DNA of 42,122 nt from a virus (IMGVR_UViG_2778261299_000011), one strand, 5' to 3'. Shown: positions 1-9,307, counted from the stretch's first letter. Translations and numbers: made by a program. Notes: generated by a model from the letters alone, not told the origin.

Positions 1-1074
1 TCATTTGTCGATTTCAATTTTGTCCCATTCCCGTCCACGGCTGTCCCTATACCGCGCCGCCATTGAATCTGATTTATGCCCGAGAAGACGTTGAGCAAAC
101 TTATCGCCAGTCTGGTTCCGGTATAGCCTAGCTGACAGGCTACGCAGTTCATGGAATGTTGGCGGGTTTCCATCAAATGAGAGGCCAGATGCATTTCTCG
201 CCTTTGTAAAATACTTTGATACTGTTTTCGGGGAAAGCGGATCGTGATGCTTTGATGCGATTATAGTTTCACTGCTGCTGGCCTCCCTGCATTTCTGTAG
301 TGTATCAGCCAATGAGATATTGAGCGCGTCAATCGTTAGCGTTAGCGGAATGGCGAGTTTAGCCCCTGTTTTACTCTGTTTAATGTGAAGATGGTTGTCG
401 TTTATGTCTGACCATTTCATTCTGCACAAATCGCCGACTCTCTGCCCTGTAACGACGGCCAAATCCATCGCCAGCCTTAGCCAGATAGGGAGAGGTTCGG
501 CTGCATGGTAAATCTCGACATACTCATTAGCTGTCAGCCTTGAGCGCCTTACTTCTGACTTTGCTGTACGGGTTGCTGTTACCGGATTCGTTGCCACATG
601 CCCCTCAGCTATTGCTTCACGAAAAACGTCAACAAGGGTTGACCTGATTAATTTTGCGGAAGCTGCTTTACCTTCTGCTACGTAGGTGTTTAGCATTGCT
701 GCCACTTCTTTCGTTGATATGTCAGTGAGCGGTTTGTCCGGCAATTTTCTTCGGATTGCCCTGATTTTGCTGGCGTAGTCGAGTAGAGTTTTCGGCCTGA
801 TCCCCCTTTCGGTGAGGATTGTTTCATATCGGTCAAGCCACACATGAAGAGTGATTGCGTCACCGCCTTTAATTCTGTCTATTAGTGATTTGCGTCCGCT
901 GTCTGAGAGTAATTCAATATTGGCCTGTATTGCTTCAGTGATTGCTATCCTCCTGTCTCGGCCTAAACCAAACTCTTTACCCGTCCTTGGGTCCCTGTAG
1001 CAGTAATATCCATTGTTTCTTATATAAAGGTTAGGGGGTAAATCCCGGCGCTCATGACTTCGCCTTCTTCCCAT
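1..1074 (-). CDS. int: Tyrosine-recombinase integrase, lambda Int-like
   Basis: 357 aa ORF; N-terminus MGRRRSHERRDLPPNLYIRNNGYYCYRDPRTGKEFGLG and C-terminal HELRSLSARLY...LLGHKSDSMAARYRDSRGREWDKIEI match remembered lambda Int. Confidence 0.95.
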   Translation of the reverse strand: MGRRRSHERRDLPPNLYIRNNGYYCYRDPRTGKEFGLGRDRRIAITEAIQANIELLSDSGRKSLIDRIKGGDAITLHVWLDRYETILTERGIRPKTLLDYASKIRAIRRKLPDKPLTDISTKEVAAMLNTYVAEGKAASAKLIRSTLVDVFREAIAEGHVATNPVTATRTAKSEVRRSRLTANEYVEIYHAAEPLPIWLRLAMDLAVVTGQRVGDLCRMKWSDINDNHLHIKQSKTGAKLAIPLTLTIDALNISLADTLQKCREASSSETIIASKHHDPLSPKTVSKYFTKARNASGLSFDGNPPTFHELRSLSARLYRNQTGDKFAQRLLGHKSDSMAARYRDSRGREWDKIEIDK

Positions 1075-1270
1075 TTCTGATCCTCTTCAAAAGGCTACCT
1101 GTTACTGGTCGATTTAAGTCAACCTTTACCGCTGATTCGTGGAACAGATACTCTCTTCCATCCTTAACCGGAGGAGGGAATATCCTGCATTCGCGCACCC
1201 ATCGACGAACTGTTTCAAGGCTTCTTGGGCGTCGCTGGCGAGCGTTCCACTCCTGAAGTGTCAAGTACAT
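1052..1270 (-). CDS. xis: Excisionase, lambda Xis-like (72 aa from internal Met)
   Basis: MYLTLQEWNARQRRPRSLETVRRWVRECRIFPPPVKDGREYLFHESAVKVDLNRPVTG...KRIRNGKKAKS; overlaps int start as in lambda; the ORF-track N-terminal extension is judged spurious. Confidence 0.9.
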   Translation of the reverse strand: MYLTLQEWNARQRRPRSLETVRRWVRECRIFPPPVKDGREYLFHESAVKVDLNRPVTGSLLKRIRNGKKAKS

Positions 1271-1387
1271 CGCAAAGTCTCCGCAATTACACGCAAGAAA
1301 AAGCCGCATTGATGCGGCGATGGTAGGTCTGGATATCATTGAGCAATGAACAGGCCTCATCGAGTGTGAGGCGGTGTAATTTCATGG

Positions 1388-1732
1388 TTAGTCCTTGCGT
1401 AGCTCGCTGATTCTTCTGTAAGTCTCTGGTGCTTTGTTTCCGTGTATCTTCATTTCAGACTTCAACAGAGCAACGAGGGAATCCCATTCGTTGAGGATTC
1501 CTTTGAATGCCGGAACGCGCTTTGCAACCTTGTTGAATGAATCTCTGATTTCTGGAATCTGCTCAACAAGTGCAACGCATCGTCTGAAATCGGCTGCGTC
1601 ATGGGGAGCGCCGAAGTGATGACCATAGATATTCTTTTTCAGTCCACATGCGATTGAGGCAAGAGTTGCGCTACTGATGCCGACATCGCCAGTCGATTGC
1701 CATTTCAAAACCTTCATAGCCAAATCTGACAT
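1388..1732 (-). CDS. Hypothetical protein (114 aa from Met at 1732)
   Basis: ORF with GGAG SD-like motif upstream of ATG (MSDLAMKVLKWQ...); sits downstream of a minus-strand terminator hairpin. Confidence 0.5.
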   Translation of the reverse strand: MSDLAMKVLKWQSTGDVGISSATLASIACGLKKNIYGHHFGAPHDAADFRRCVALVEQIPEIRDSFNKVAKRVPAFKGILNEWDSLVALLKSEMKIHGNKAPETYRRISELRKD

Positions 1733-1749
1733 TTCTTGTCTCCAATAAA

Positions 1750-1775
1750 AAACCGCCATCAGGCGGCTTGGTGTT
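1750..1775 (-). terminator. Rho-independent terminator (minus strand)
   Basis: Minus-strand sense GCCGCC-TGAT-GGCGG hairpin followed by TTTTTTATTGG. Confidence 0.6.
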
Positions 1776-1926
1776 CTTTCAGTTCTTCAATTCGAATATT
1801 GGTTACGTCTGCATGCGCTATCTGCGCCCATAGCATCCAGTGGTCATAGCAGTCATTGATGTTCTCTGCTTCGATAACTCTGTTGAATGGTTCTCCATTC
1901 CATTCACCTGTGACTCGGAAGTGCAT
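1759..1926 (-). CDS. Small hypothetical protein (55 aa)
   Basis: Hand-translated ORF MHFRVTGEWNGEPFNRVIEAENINDCYDHWMLWAQIAHADVTNIRIEELKEHQAA, below the ORF-track size cut-off; ends in a terminator hairpin. Confidence 0.35.
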   Translation of the reverse strand: MHFRVTGEWNGEPFNRVIEAENINDCYDHWMLWAQIAHADVTNIRIEELKEHQAA

Positions 1927-2009
1927 TTATCATCTCCATAAAACAAAACTCGCCGTAGCGAGTTCAGATATAATTTCCACCAAAGGCAGTAGTTGCTTGA
2001 TGCTAAGAA

Positions 2010-2438
2010 TTATTCAATACCTATTCCTGTAATATCTTTTATCTTTTTCCTTGCAAAGCCTTTTGCTAGTGATTTTGAAACACTCATAAGTGTACTAATT
2101 CCCTCATCCTTAAAGTTTGTTTTTATAGCTTGCCAGACATCCTTTTGACGTAAGTCAGCAATAAAATCATGCCCTCTTGCTGTCAACCTCAGTGGTACTT
2201 CGATCCAACTATATCCAACACCTTCCCCTAACGCTTTGGACATTATATGACCGAACCCAGGTTTTCCATCAACCCTGACTATTAATTCGTAGTCACATAA
2301 TAATCGCATATGGAAAATAAAATCTTGGTCATATCTATTAAAGCCATTATCCTCTAGTTCACTAAGCATCGTGTCAGGGCCACGAGTTTTTTCGAATGCG
2401 ATAAGTAGATCTTTTAGATATTGCTGGTCTAATTTCAT
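2010..2438 (-). CDS. Hypothetical protein, 142 aa (AT-rich accessory gene)
   Basis: Clean ORF in a visibly AT-rich stretch; no family recognised. Confidence 0.55.
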   Translation of the reverse strand: MKLDQQYLKDLLIAFEKTRGPDTMLSELEDNGFNRYDQDFIFHMRLLCDYELIVRVDGKPGFGHIMSKALGEGVGYSWIEVPLRLTARGHDFIADLRQKDVWQAIKTNFKDEGISTLMSVSKSLAKGFARKKIKDITGIGIE

Positions 2439-2466
2439 TGCCGCCTCCGTGACATGTCACAGAGAT

Positions 2467-2727
2467 TTATATCATTAATTTTGTTTCGTGCCAGCCTTTG
2501 GTCACCCAGCATTGTGAGTCACCATTACACGGGCATGAATTAACAGGAACTCTCTCGCCGCACTTACCGCAACGTTTTCTGCTGATCGATTTTATACGCC
2601 AGCGCACACGTGCATCATCCTGGCGGCGCGGATACTTCCGGTATCTTTTTACGCGATATTCCCCTTCAATGGCACATACAAGAAGAGAGCCATCCACAGG
2701 AGTGATTGAGGAATCGACAACCAGCAA
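2467..2727 (-). CDS. Hypothetical small Cys-rich protein, possible zinc ribbon (86 aa)
   Basis: ORF with CGKCGERVPVNSCPC cysteine cluster. Confidence 0.4.
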   Translation of the reverse strand: MLVVDSSITPVDGSLLVCAIEGEYRVKRYRKYPRRQDDARVRWRIKSISRKRCGKCGERVPVNSCPCNGDSQCWVTKGWHETKLMI

Positions 2728-2783
2728 CGCTTAATTATCTATAGTGTCGTATTTGCTTCATAAAATATGGCGAATAACACAAA

Positions 2784-2815
2784 GCCCGCAGCAGCTCATT
2801 GTGCGGGCTTTTCTT
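2784..2815. terminator. Stem-loop terminator candidate, orientation ambiguous
   Basis: GCCCGCA-11 nt loop-TGCGGGC hairpin with TTTTCTT on plus side; lies between two minus-strand accessory genes. Confidence 0.4.
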
Positions 2816-2880
2816 ATACCTACTTCCTAGAGATAATTCTATGGAGGCATTAAATCAATACTGTCATTGGTAATATCATA

Positions 2881-3495
2881 TTATCTAAAAGTCTTTCCAC
2901 TTTTAACATCTAGGTATATTCTGTTCGACAACGTCATTCCTCCGCAATATGTGAAATAGATGTTTTTACCCTTATTGCTTGATGCCATCCACCCTCCGAT
3001 TTCCTTAAAATCGCTTTCCGTGCAGACCCCTTCATTTATTAACTTCCTAGCTGCCGAAGAAAACTCTTTTTTGTATATACGGTAGTCATCAGATCCTTTG
3101 ATTAAAGTATCATCTCCGCTCGCATTTTCAGCAGGATCTGATGGCCTTTCACTGCTAAGATCACTAAGTTTAACCCATTCTGAAAACTTGCCATTAACGA
3201 TTCCATTTTTTCTTGTGCAGGATTTATTACCTTCTTTAATATATTCGCTTTCCCCTCCAACACATGAGGCTGAATATGGCTCAGTTATACGAACCCATTC
3301 ACCTTTTTTTTCTAGAAAATCTACGCCTTCCCTGAAAAATAGTTTCCCAGCCACTCCACATTTACTTGAAGGGCAGGTATGTCTTTCCGTTCGATCAACA
3401 ACAACCCATAGTTTTGATTCATTTTTTGCCATTGCCGATGGTATTTGAGATGAGACAATTAACGTAAGCCCTAAAATTAGTATTGATTTTTTCAT
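2881..3495 (-). CDS. Secreted Cys-rich hypothetical protein with N-terminal signal peptide (204 aa)
   Basis: N-terminus MKKSILILGLTLIVSSQIPSAMA is signal-peptide-like; multiple cysteines; AT-rich codon usage. Confidence 0.65.
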   Translation of the reverse strand: MKKSILILGLTLIVSSQIPSAMAKNESKLWVVVDRTERHTCPSSKCGVAGKLFFREGVDFLEKKGEWVRITEPYSASCVGGESEYIKEGNKSCTRKNGIVNGKFSEWVKLSDLSSERPSDPAENASGDDTLIKGSDDYRIYKKEFSSAARKLINEGVCTESDFKEIGGWMASSNKGKNIYFTYCGGMTLSNRIYLDVKSGKTFR

Positions 3496-3793
3496 TGTAA
3501 TTTCCTTTTACTTTTTACAAAGCGTTTAATCATGGCTGATTATCTCTAAGCGTAGTAACAGCCTTGTGCGAAACATGTTACCAAATCGCCATTTCAGTGT
3601 ATCCGCAGTTAGGCTGCCACTTCAAGGATTCCTAATTACATGGTACGTAAGCGTAAAATCCCGTTGGTTGGCTGGTAATAACTCTGATCAAATCTCCCTT
3701 GTCTTTTGCTCTTACGTATGCAGCTCTTGTGTATTCAACCCAGGCCTCCAGTTCAGTAATACGCTTACTTCCATCCGAGATAACACCTTCTAC

Positions 3794-4045
3794 TCACGCT
3801 GCTCGTTGAGTTTTGATTTTTGCTGTCTCCAGCTCAACACGCAGTTTCCCCACCGTTAGCGCAATATCCTCGTTCTCCTGGTCGCGGCGTTTGATGTATT
3901 GCTGGTTTCTTTCCCGTTCATCCAGCAGTGTCAGCACAATCGATGGTGTTACCAGCTCATGGAAAAGGTCCGCGTCAAATCCCCAGTTGTCATGCATTGC
4001 CTGCTCTGCCGCTTCACGCAGTGCCTGAGAGTGAATTACGCTCAC
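3794..4045 (-). CDS. Hypothetical protein (83 aa), early-left operon
   Basis: ORF overlapping the start of the downstream TraR-like gene by 4 nt (operonic coupling). Confidence 0.5.
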   Translation of the reverse strand: MSVIHSQALREAAEQAMHDNWGFDADLFHELVTPSIVLTLLDERERNQQYIKRRDQENEDIALTVGKLRVELETAKIKTQRAA

Positions 4046-4263
4046 TTCGAACCTCTCTGTTTACTGATAAGCTCCAGATCTTCCTGGCAACTTGCACAAG
4101 TCCGACAACCCTGAACGGCCAGGCGTCTTCGCTCATCTATGGGATCGCCACACTCACAACAATGAGTGGCAGATACAGCCTGGTGGTTCAGGCGGCGCAT
4201 TTTTATTGCTGTGTTGCGCTGTAATTCTTCAATTTCTGATGCTGAATCAATGACGTCTGCCAT
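4042..4263 (-). CDS. TraR/DksA-family C4 zinc-finger protein (73 aa)
   Basis: CCECG...17 aa...CRTCASC Cys4 arrangement characteristic of TraR/DksA-type zinc fingers common in lambdoid early-left operons. Confidence 0.75.
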   Translation of the reverse strand: MADVIDSASEIEELQRNTAIKMRRLNHQAVSATHCCECGDPIDERRRLAVQGCRTCASCQEDLELISKQRGSK

Positions 4264-4314
4264 CTTCCATTAATTCCTGAATTGTTGGTTAATACGCTTG
4301 GGGGTAAAGGCGAG

Positions 4315-4339
4315 CAATAAAAAAGGAGCCTGTAGCTCC
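4315..4339 (-). terminator. Rho-independent terminator (minus strand)
   Basis: GGAGC-5 nt loop-GCTCC hairpin followed on the minus strand by TTTTTTATTG. Confidence 0.6.
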
Positions 4340-4361
4340 CTGATAATTTTGCTTTTCATGT

Positions 4362-4577
4362 TCATCGTTCCTTAAAGACGCCGTTTAACATGCCGATTGC
4401 CAGGCTTAAATGAGTCGGTGTGAATCCCATCAGCGTTACCGTTTCGCGGTGCTTCTTCAGTACGCTACGGCAAATGTCATCGACGTTTTTATCCGGAAAC
4501 TGCTGTCTGGCTTTTTTGATTTCAGAATTAGCCTGACGGGCAATGCTGCGAAGGGCGTTTTCCTGCTGAGGTGTCAT
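4362..4577 (-). CDS. Hypothetical protein (71 aa from MTPQQ), lambda orf61-region-like
   Basis: ORF in the exo-proximal small-ORF cluster; likely start MTPQQENALRSIARQ. Confidence 0.45.
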   Translation of the reverse strand: MTPQQENALRSIARQANSEIKKARQQFPDKNVDDICRSVLKKHRETVTLMGFTPTHLSLAIGMLNGVFKER

Positions 4578-4653
4578 TGAACAAGTCCCATGTCGGCAAG
4601 CATAAGCACACAGAATATGAAGCCCGCTGCCAGAAAAATGCATTCAGTGGTTG

Positions 4654-4845
4654 TCATACCTGGTCTCTCTCATCTGCTTCTGCTTTCGCCACCATCATTT
4701 CCAGCTTTTGTGAAAGGGATGCGGCTAACGTATGAAATTCTTCGTCTGTTTCTACTGGTATTGGCACAAACCTGACTCCAATTTGAGCGAGGCTATGTGC
4801 CATCTCGATACTCGTTCTTAACTCAACGGGAGATGCTTTGTGCAT
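4654..4845 (-). CDS. Hypothetical protein (63 aa), lambda orf63-like
   Basis: [63 protein letters not shown]; position and size as lambda orf63 (from memory). Confidence 0.5.
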   Translation of the reverse strand: MHKASPVELRTSIEMAHSLAQIGVRFVPIPVETDEEFHTLAASLSQKLEMMVAKAEADERDQV

Positions 4846-5009
4846 ACAGCCCCCCCCCGTTTATTATTTATCTCCTCAGCCAGCCGCTGTGCTTTCAGGG
4901 GATTTCGGATAACAGGAAGGCCGGGAAATACCCAGCCTCGCTTTGTAACGGAGTAGACGAAAGTGATTGCGCCTACCCGGATATTATCGTGAGGATGCTT
5001 CATCGCCAT
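4818..5009 (-). CDS. Hypothetical protein (63 aa), lambda orf60a-like; contains a 9-nt homopolymer
   Basis: [55 protein letters not shown]...; overlaps exo stop. Confidence 0.5.
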   Translation of the reverse strand: MAMKHPHDNIRVGAITFVYSVTKRGWVFPGLPVIRNPLKAQRLAEEINNKRGGAVCTKHLPLS

Positions 5010-5680
5010 TGCTCCCCAAATACAAAACCAATTTCAGCCAGTGCCTCGTCCATTTTTTCGATGAACTCCGGCACCATCTCGTCAAAACTCGCAATGTACT
5101 TTTCATCCCGCTCAACCACGACATAATGCAGTCCTTCACGCTTCATACGCGGGTCATAGTTGGCAAAGTACCAGGCATCTTTTCGTGTCACCCACATGCT
5201 GTACTGCACCTGGGCCATGTAAGCCGATTTTATGGCCTCGAAACCACCGAGCCGGAACTTCATGAAATCCCGGGAGGTAAACGGGCATTTCAGTTCAAGG
5301 CCGTTGCCGTCACTGCATAAACCATCGGGAGAGCAGGCGGTGCGCATACTTTCGTCGCGATAGATGATCGGGGATTCAGTAACATTCACGCCGGAAGTGA
5401 ACTCAAAGAGGGCTCTGGCGTCGTTCTCGTACTGTTTTCCCCAGGCCAGCGCCTTAGCGTTAACTTCCGGAGCCACACCGGTGCAAACCTCGGCAAGCAG
5501 GGTGTGGAAGTAGGACATTTTCATGTCAGGCCACTTCTTTCCGGAGCGGGGTTTTGCTATCACATTGTGAACCTCTGAAGCGGTGATGACGCCGAGCCGT
5601 AATTTGTGCCACGCATCATCCCCCTGTTCGACAGCTCTCACGTCGATCCCGGTACGCTGCAGTATAATGTCCGGTGTCAT
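5000..5680 (-). CDS. exo: Lambda exonuclease (Red alpha)
   Basis: 226 aa; [65 protein letters not shown] matches remembered lambda Exo. Confidence 0.95.
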   Translation of the reverse strand: MTPDIILQRTGIDVRAVEQGDDAWHKLRLGVITASEVHNVIAKPRSGKKWPDMKMSYFHTLLAEVCTGVAPEVNAKALAWGKQYENDARALFEFTSGVNVTESPIIYRDESMRTACSPDGLCSDGNGLELKCPFTSRDFMKFRLGGFEAIKSAYMAQVQYSMWVTRKDAWYFANYDPRMKREGLHYVVVERDEKYIASFDEMVPEFIEKMDEALAEIGFVFGEQWR

Positions 5681-6462
5681 GCTGCCACCTTCTGCTCAGT
5701 GGCTTTCTGTTTCAGGAATCCAAGAGCTTTCACTGCTTCGGCCTGTGTCAGTTCCGACGATGCGCGAATGTCGCGGCGAAATATCTGGGAACAGAGCGGC
5801 AATAAGTCGTCATCCCATGTTTTGTCCAGGGCAATCAGCAGAGTGTTAATCTCCTGCATGGTTTCATCGTTAACCGGAGTGATGTCGCGTTCCGGCTGAC
5901 GTTCTGCAGTGTATGCGGTATTTTCGACAATGCGCTCGGCTTCATCCTTGTCATAGATACCAGCAAATCCGAAGGCCAGACGGGCACACTGAATCATGGC
6001 TTTATGACGTAACATCCGTTTGGGATGCGACTGCCACGGTCCGGTGATTTCTCTGCCTTCGCGGGTTTTGAATGGTTCGCGGCGGCATTCATCCATCCAC
6101 TCGGTAACGCAGATCGGATGATTGCGGTCCTTGCGGTAAATCCGGCATGTGCAGGATTCATTGTCCTGCTCAAAGTCCATACCATCAAACTGCTGGTTTT
6201 CATTGATGATGCGGGACCAGCCATCAACGCCCACCACCGGAACGATGCCGTTCTGCTTATCAGGGAAGGCGTAAATTTCTTTCGTCCACGGATTAAGGCC
6301 GTACTGGTTGGCGACGATCAACAATGCGATGAACTGCGCATCGCTGGCATCACCTTTAAATGCCGTCTGGCGAAGAGTGGTGATCAGTTCCTGTGGGTCG
6401 ACAGAATCCATGCCGACACGTTCAGCCAGCTTCCCTGCCAGCGTTGCGAGTGCTGTACTCAT
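5677..6462 (-). CDS. bet: Single-strand annealing protein Bet (Red beta)
   Basis: 261 aa; [66 protein letters not shown]; overlaps exo start as in lambda. Confidence 0.95.
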   Translation of the reverse strand: MSTALATLAGKLAERVGMDSVDPQELITTLRQTAFKGDASDAQFIALLIVANQYGLNPWTKEIYAFPDKQNGIVPVVGVDGWSRIINENQQFDGMDFEQDNESCTCRIYRKDRNHPICVTEWMDECRREPFKTREGREITGPWQSHPKRMLRHKAMIQCARLAFGFAGIYDKDEAERIVENTAYTAERQPERDITPVNDETMQEINTLLIALDKTWDDDLLPLCSQIFRRDIRASSELTQAEAVKALGFLKQKATEQKVAA

Positions 6463-6467
6463 CCGTT

Positions 6468-6884
6468 TTATACCTCTGAATCAATATCAACCTGGTGGCG
6501 AGCAATAGTTTCAACCATGTACCGGATGTGTTCTGCCATGCGTTCCTGAAACTCAACATCGTCATCAAACGCACGGGTAATGGCTTTTTTGCTGGCCCCG
6601 TGGCGTTGCAAATGATCGATGCATAGCGATTCAAACAGGTGCTGGGGCAGGCCTTTTTCCATGTCGTCTGCCAGTTTTGCCTCTTTCTCTTCACGGGCGA
6701 TCTGCTGGTAGTGACGCGCCCAGCTCTGAGCCTCAAGACGATCCTGAATGTAATAAGCGTTCATGGCTGAACTCCTGAAATAGCTGTGAAAATATCGCCC
6801 GCGAAATGCCGGGCTGATTAGGAAAACAGGGAAGGGGGGTAGTGAATGCTTTTGCTTGATCTCAGTTTCAGTATTAATATCCAT
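6468..6884 (-). CDS. gam: Gam, RecBCD inhibitor
   Basis: 138 aa; [61 protein letters not shown] matches lambda Gam. Confidence 0.95.
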   Translation of the reverse strand: MDINTETEIKQKHSLPPFPVFLISPAFRGRYFHSYFRSSAMNAYYIQDRLEAQSWARHYQQIAREEKEAKLADDMEKGLPQHLFESLCIDHLQRHGASKKAITRAFDDDVEFQERMAEHIRYMVETIARHQVDIDSEV

Positions 6885-6982
6885 TTTTTATAAGCGTCGA
6901 CGGCCTCACGAAACATCTTTTCATCGCCAATAAAAGTGGCGATAGTGAATTTAGTCTGGATAGCCATAAGTATTTGATCCAT
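6818..6982 (-). CDS. kil: Kil (host-killing/FtsZ-inhibiting small protein)
   Basis: [43 protein letters not shown]; 32-nt overlap with cIII 3' end as in lambda. Confidence 0.8.
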   Translation of the reverse strand: MDQILMAIQTKFTIATFIGDEKMFREAVDAYKKWILILKLRSSKSIHYPPSLFS

Positions 6983-7115
6983 TTTTTGGGACTCCTGGCT
7001 GATTAAGTATGTCGATAAGGCGTTTCCATCCGTCACGTAATTTACGGGTGATTCGTTCAAGTAAAGATTCGGAAGGGCAGCCAGCAACAGGCCACCCTGC
7101 AATGGCATATTGCAT
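6951..7115 (-). CDS. cIII: CIII (FtsH inhibitor, stabilises CII)
   Basis: Hand-translated [54 protein letters not shown] (54 aa) matches lambda CIII; the ORF track merged this with another frame. Confidence 0.85.
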   Translation of the reverse strand: MQYAIAGWPVAGCPSESLLERITRKLRDGWKRLIDILNQPGVPKNGSNTYGYPD

Positions 7116-7187
7116 GGTGTGCTCCTTATTTATACATAACGAAAAACGACTCGAGTGAAGCGTTATTGGTATGCGGTAACGCCGCGC

Positions 7188-7556
7188 TCAGGCGGCTTTG
7201 ATAGTCATATCATCTGAATCAAATATTCCTGATGTATCGATATCGGTAATTCTTATTCCTTCGCTACCATCCATTGGAGGCCATCCTTCCTGACCATTTC
7301 CATCATTCCAGTCGAACTCACACACAACACCATATGCATTTAAGTCGCTTGAAATTGCTATAAGCAGAGCATGTTGCGCCAGCATGATTAATACAGCATT
7401 TAATACAGAGCCGTGTTTATTGAGTCGGTATTCAGAGTCTGACCAGAAATTATTAATCTGGTGAAGTTTTTCCTCTGTCATTACGTCATGGTCGATTTCA
7501 ATTTCTATTGATGCTTTCCAGTCGTAATCAATGATGTATTTTTTGATGTTTGACAT
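7188..7556 (-). CDS. ea10: Lambda Ea10-like protein (122 aa)
   Basis: MSNIKKYIIDYDWKASIEIEIDHDVMTEEKLHQINNFWSDSEYRLNKHG; position between cIII and ral as in lambda. Confidence 0.7.
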   Translation of the reverse strand: MSNIKKYIIDYDWKASIEIEIDHDVMTEEKLHQINNFWSDSEYRLNKHGSVLNAVLIMLAQHALLIAISSDLNAYGVVCEFDWNDGNGQEGWPPMDGSEGIRITDIDTSGIFDSDDMTIKAA

Positions 7557-7573
7557 CTGTTCATATCCTCACA

Positions 7574-7602
7574 GATAAAAAATCGCCCTCACATTAGAGG
7601 GC
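7574..7602 (-). terminator. Rho-independent terminator in leftward operon (tL-type)
   Basis: Minus-strand sense GCCCTC-TAATGT-GAGGGC followed by GATTTTTTATC. Confidence 0.65.
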
Positions 7603-7726
7603 AAAGAAGATTTCCAATAATCAGAACAAGTCGGCTCCTGTTTAGTTACGAGCGACATTGCTCCGTGTATTCACTCGTTGGAATGAATACACAGTGCAGT
7701 GTTTATTCTGTTGTTTATGCCAAAGA

Positions 7727-7755
7727 TAAAGGCTACCATCAGGCAGCCTTGTTGT
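7727..7755 (-). terminator. Possible terminator hairpin overlapping ral 3' end
   Basis: GGCTGCC-TGAT-GGTAGCC imperfect hairpin followed by TTTATCTTTGG on the minus strand; sequence resembles the hairpin at 1750-1775. Confidence 0.35.
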
Positions 7756-7939
7756 TCTGTTTGTCAAGTTCTCTGGCAATCATTGCCGTCGTTCGTATTG
7801 CCCATTTATCGACATATTTCCCATCTTCCATTACAGGAAACATTTCTTCAGGCTTAACCATGCATTCCGATTGCAGCTTGCATCCATTACATCGTTTGAA
7901 TTGTCCACGCCATTGATTTTTATCAATAGTCGTAGTCAT
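7739..7939 (-). CDS. ral: Ral, restriction alleviation protein
   Basis: 66 aa; MTTTIDKNQWRGQFKRCNGCKLQSECMVKPEEMFPVMEDGKYVDKWAIRTTAMIARELDKQNNKAA matches lambda Ral. Confidence 0.9.
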   Translation of the reverse strand: MTTTIDKNQWRGQFKRCNGCKLQSECMVKPEEMFPVMEDGKYVDKWAIRTTAMIARELDKQNNKAA

Positions 7940-8009
7940 ACGGATAGTCCTGGTATTGTTCCATCACATCCTGAGGATGCTCTTCGAACTCTTCAAATTC
8001 TTCTTCCAT
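7923..8009 (-). CDS. Very small acidic ORF (28 aa) translationally coupled to ral
   Basis: Hand-translated MEEEFEEFEEHPQDVMEQYQDYPYDYDY preceded by AAGGTGA SD; its stop overlaps the ral ATG. Confidence 0.3.
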   Translation of the reverse strand: MEEEFEEFEEHPQDVMEQYQDYPYDYDY

Positions 8010-8152
8010 ATATCACCTTAAATAGTGGATTGCGGTAGTAAAGATTGTGCCTGTCTTTTAACCACATCAGGCTCGGTGGTTCTCATGTACCCCTACAGCG
8101 AGAAATCGGATAAACTCTATTCACCCCTACAGAGAGCAAAAGAGAAACGCCG

Positions 8153-8734
8153 ATGAACAACTCATGGTGGCAGGAACTAATGCATTTTTTCCTGCAAGGA
8201 ATGACACTTAAACAGTTGATTCATATGCTAATCATTCTGATCATATTGATTATTGTTATGCCGGTAAGCGTAAAAGAATGGATAAACCTGCATAATCCAG
8301 AAATCCTTCCTCATTACTGGATGTATTACATCCTGTTGTTTTGCGTTAGCTATGTGCTTAACGGCGTTGTTAATTCCGCTTATCACGCTGTGACTGAAAG
8401 AATTGAGGTATCCGCTGCTCAGAAGCGCAAATCTAAAGAAGAAAAATATGTGCAAGATTTGTTTGATTCATTAACTCTTGGAGAAAGAGCGTATTTGGCA
8501 TTCGCTGTAGCCGCTAATAACCAGCTACAAACGGAAAAGGGAGCTCATGAATCAATTTCATTGCTCAAAAAAGGACTCCTCGTTCGAAGGCCTCCTGCTG
8601 TTGGATATCCTGATACCGACCGTTTCGTTATCCCTGAAAGCTATAGACATGAGTGCTACATTAGGTTTGCCGGGAAGGCAGACAGCCTTATGGATGAACT
8701 TATCGCTCAGGATAAGCATGGCAAAAACAAGTAA
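8153..8734 (+). CDS. sieB: Superinfection exclusion protein B-like membrane protein (193 aa)
   Basis: Size, opposite-strand position between ral and N, and two N-terminal hydrophobic segments (LIHMLIILIILIIVMPVSV, YWMYYILLFCVSYVL) fit lambda SieB. Confidence 0.65.
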   Translation: MNNSWWQELMHFFLQGMTLKQLIHMLIILIILIIVMPVSVKEWINLHNPEILPHYWMYYILLFCVSYVLNGVVNSAYHAVTERIEVSAAQKRKSKEEKYVQDLFDSLTLGERAYLAFAVAANNQLQTEKGAHESISLLKKGLLVRRPPAVGYPDTDRFVIPESYRHECYIRFAGKADSLMDELIAQDKHGKNK

Positions 8735-8750
8735 TTAGCAAATGAATTTA

Positions 8751-9023
8751 TCATCTCGCCGTCAGTTGTTTTGATTTCCGGTAGCCTGCCGCGTAAATGG
8801 CTACGTTTGGCAGGCAAATACTTCCACTGCATTCATCTGCCTTCTTGCAGCGAAGGCTTCCGAGTGATGCTGCTTTGTCTGCTCTGACGCAACCAGAGAG
8901 CTTTAGCGCAATTTTTCGCGCCAGTCGCTGTTCTTGCATTGCCTGCTCACGTTGAGCCTGTCTGCGTGCTCTGCGGCGATTTCTGGCGTTATCGTTAGCC
9001 AGATATGTAATGACTACTGCCAT
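8751..9023 (-). CDS. N: N-type transcription antiterminator with arginine-rich motif (P22 gene 24-like)
   Basis: ARM NARNRRRARRQAQREQ near N-terminus; C-terminus AIYAAGYRKSKQLTAR resembles P22 gp24; GGAGG SD before ATG; located just downstream of nutL. Confidence 0.8.
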   Translation of the reverse strand: MAVVITYLANDNARNRRRARRQAQREQAMQEQRLARKIALKLSGCVRADKAASLGSLRCKKADECSGSICLPNVAIYAAGYRKSKQLTAR

Positions 9024-9131
9024 GTTGACCTCCGATGATTGACTTTGGCGGTGACGCGCCGGGTGCTTATCTTCCGGTTGCCGTCGTGCAGCTGCACTTC
9101 ACGTCACCCCAAAGCCAACTACTCTTTGGTT

Positions 9132-9171
9132 CCCGCATTTCGGCGGGACAATCCCATCAATGTTAAAGAGC
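9132..9171 (-). promoter_or_regulatory. nutL: boxA (GCTCTTTAACA) and boxB hairpin (CCCGCCGAAATGCGGG)
   Basis: Minus-sense boxA at 9161-9171 followed by 16-nt boxB stem-loop at 9132-9147, upstream of N; identical boxB on the rightward side. Confidence 0.7.
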
Positions 9172-9204
9172 CTGCCAATCTGTTCCGTTTGGCTACCAGC
9201 GTCC

Positions 9205-9300
9205 TGCTGATGACTTAAATTTAAGATTTCTTTAATTGTTGGTCAAGGGTGTTTTGAAGAAAACTTAAATTTTATTGCGAAGTTTAAGTTTTGCTTTGAT
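9205..9300 (-). promoter_or_regulatory. OL operator repeats and pL promoter region
   Basis: Repeated TTAAGnnnnCTTAA-type operator half-sites (ATTTAAGATTTCTTTAAT etc.) as at OR. Confidence 0.6.
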
Positions 9301-9307
9301 TTTTAAA

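Noticed and set aside
4850-4858. Poly-C tract as an existing frameshift
   Set aside because: The orf60a-like frame reads through the tract to a normal stop with a plausible C-terminus; the difference from lambda appears to be a whole codon.
6025-6549. 174-aa plus-strand ORF
   Set aside because: Antisense to bet and gam, both near-identical to lambda proteins.
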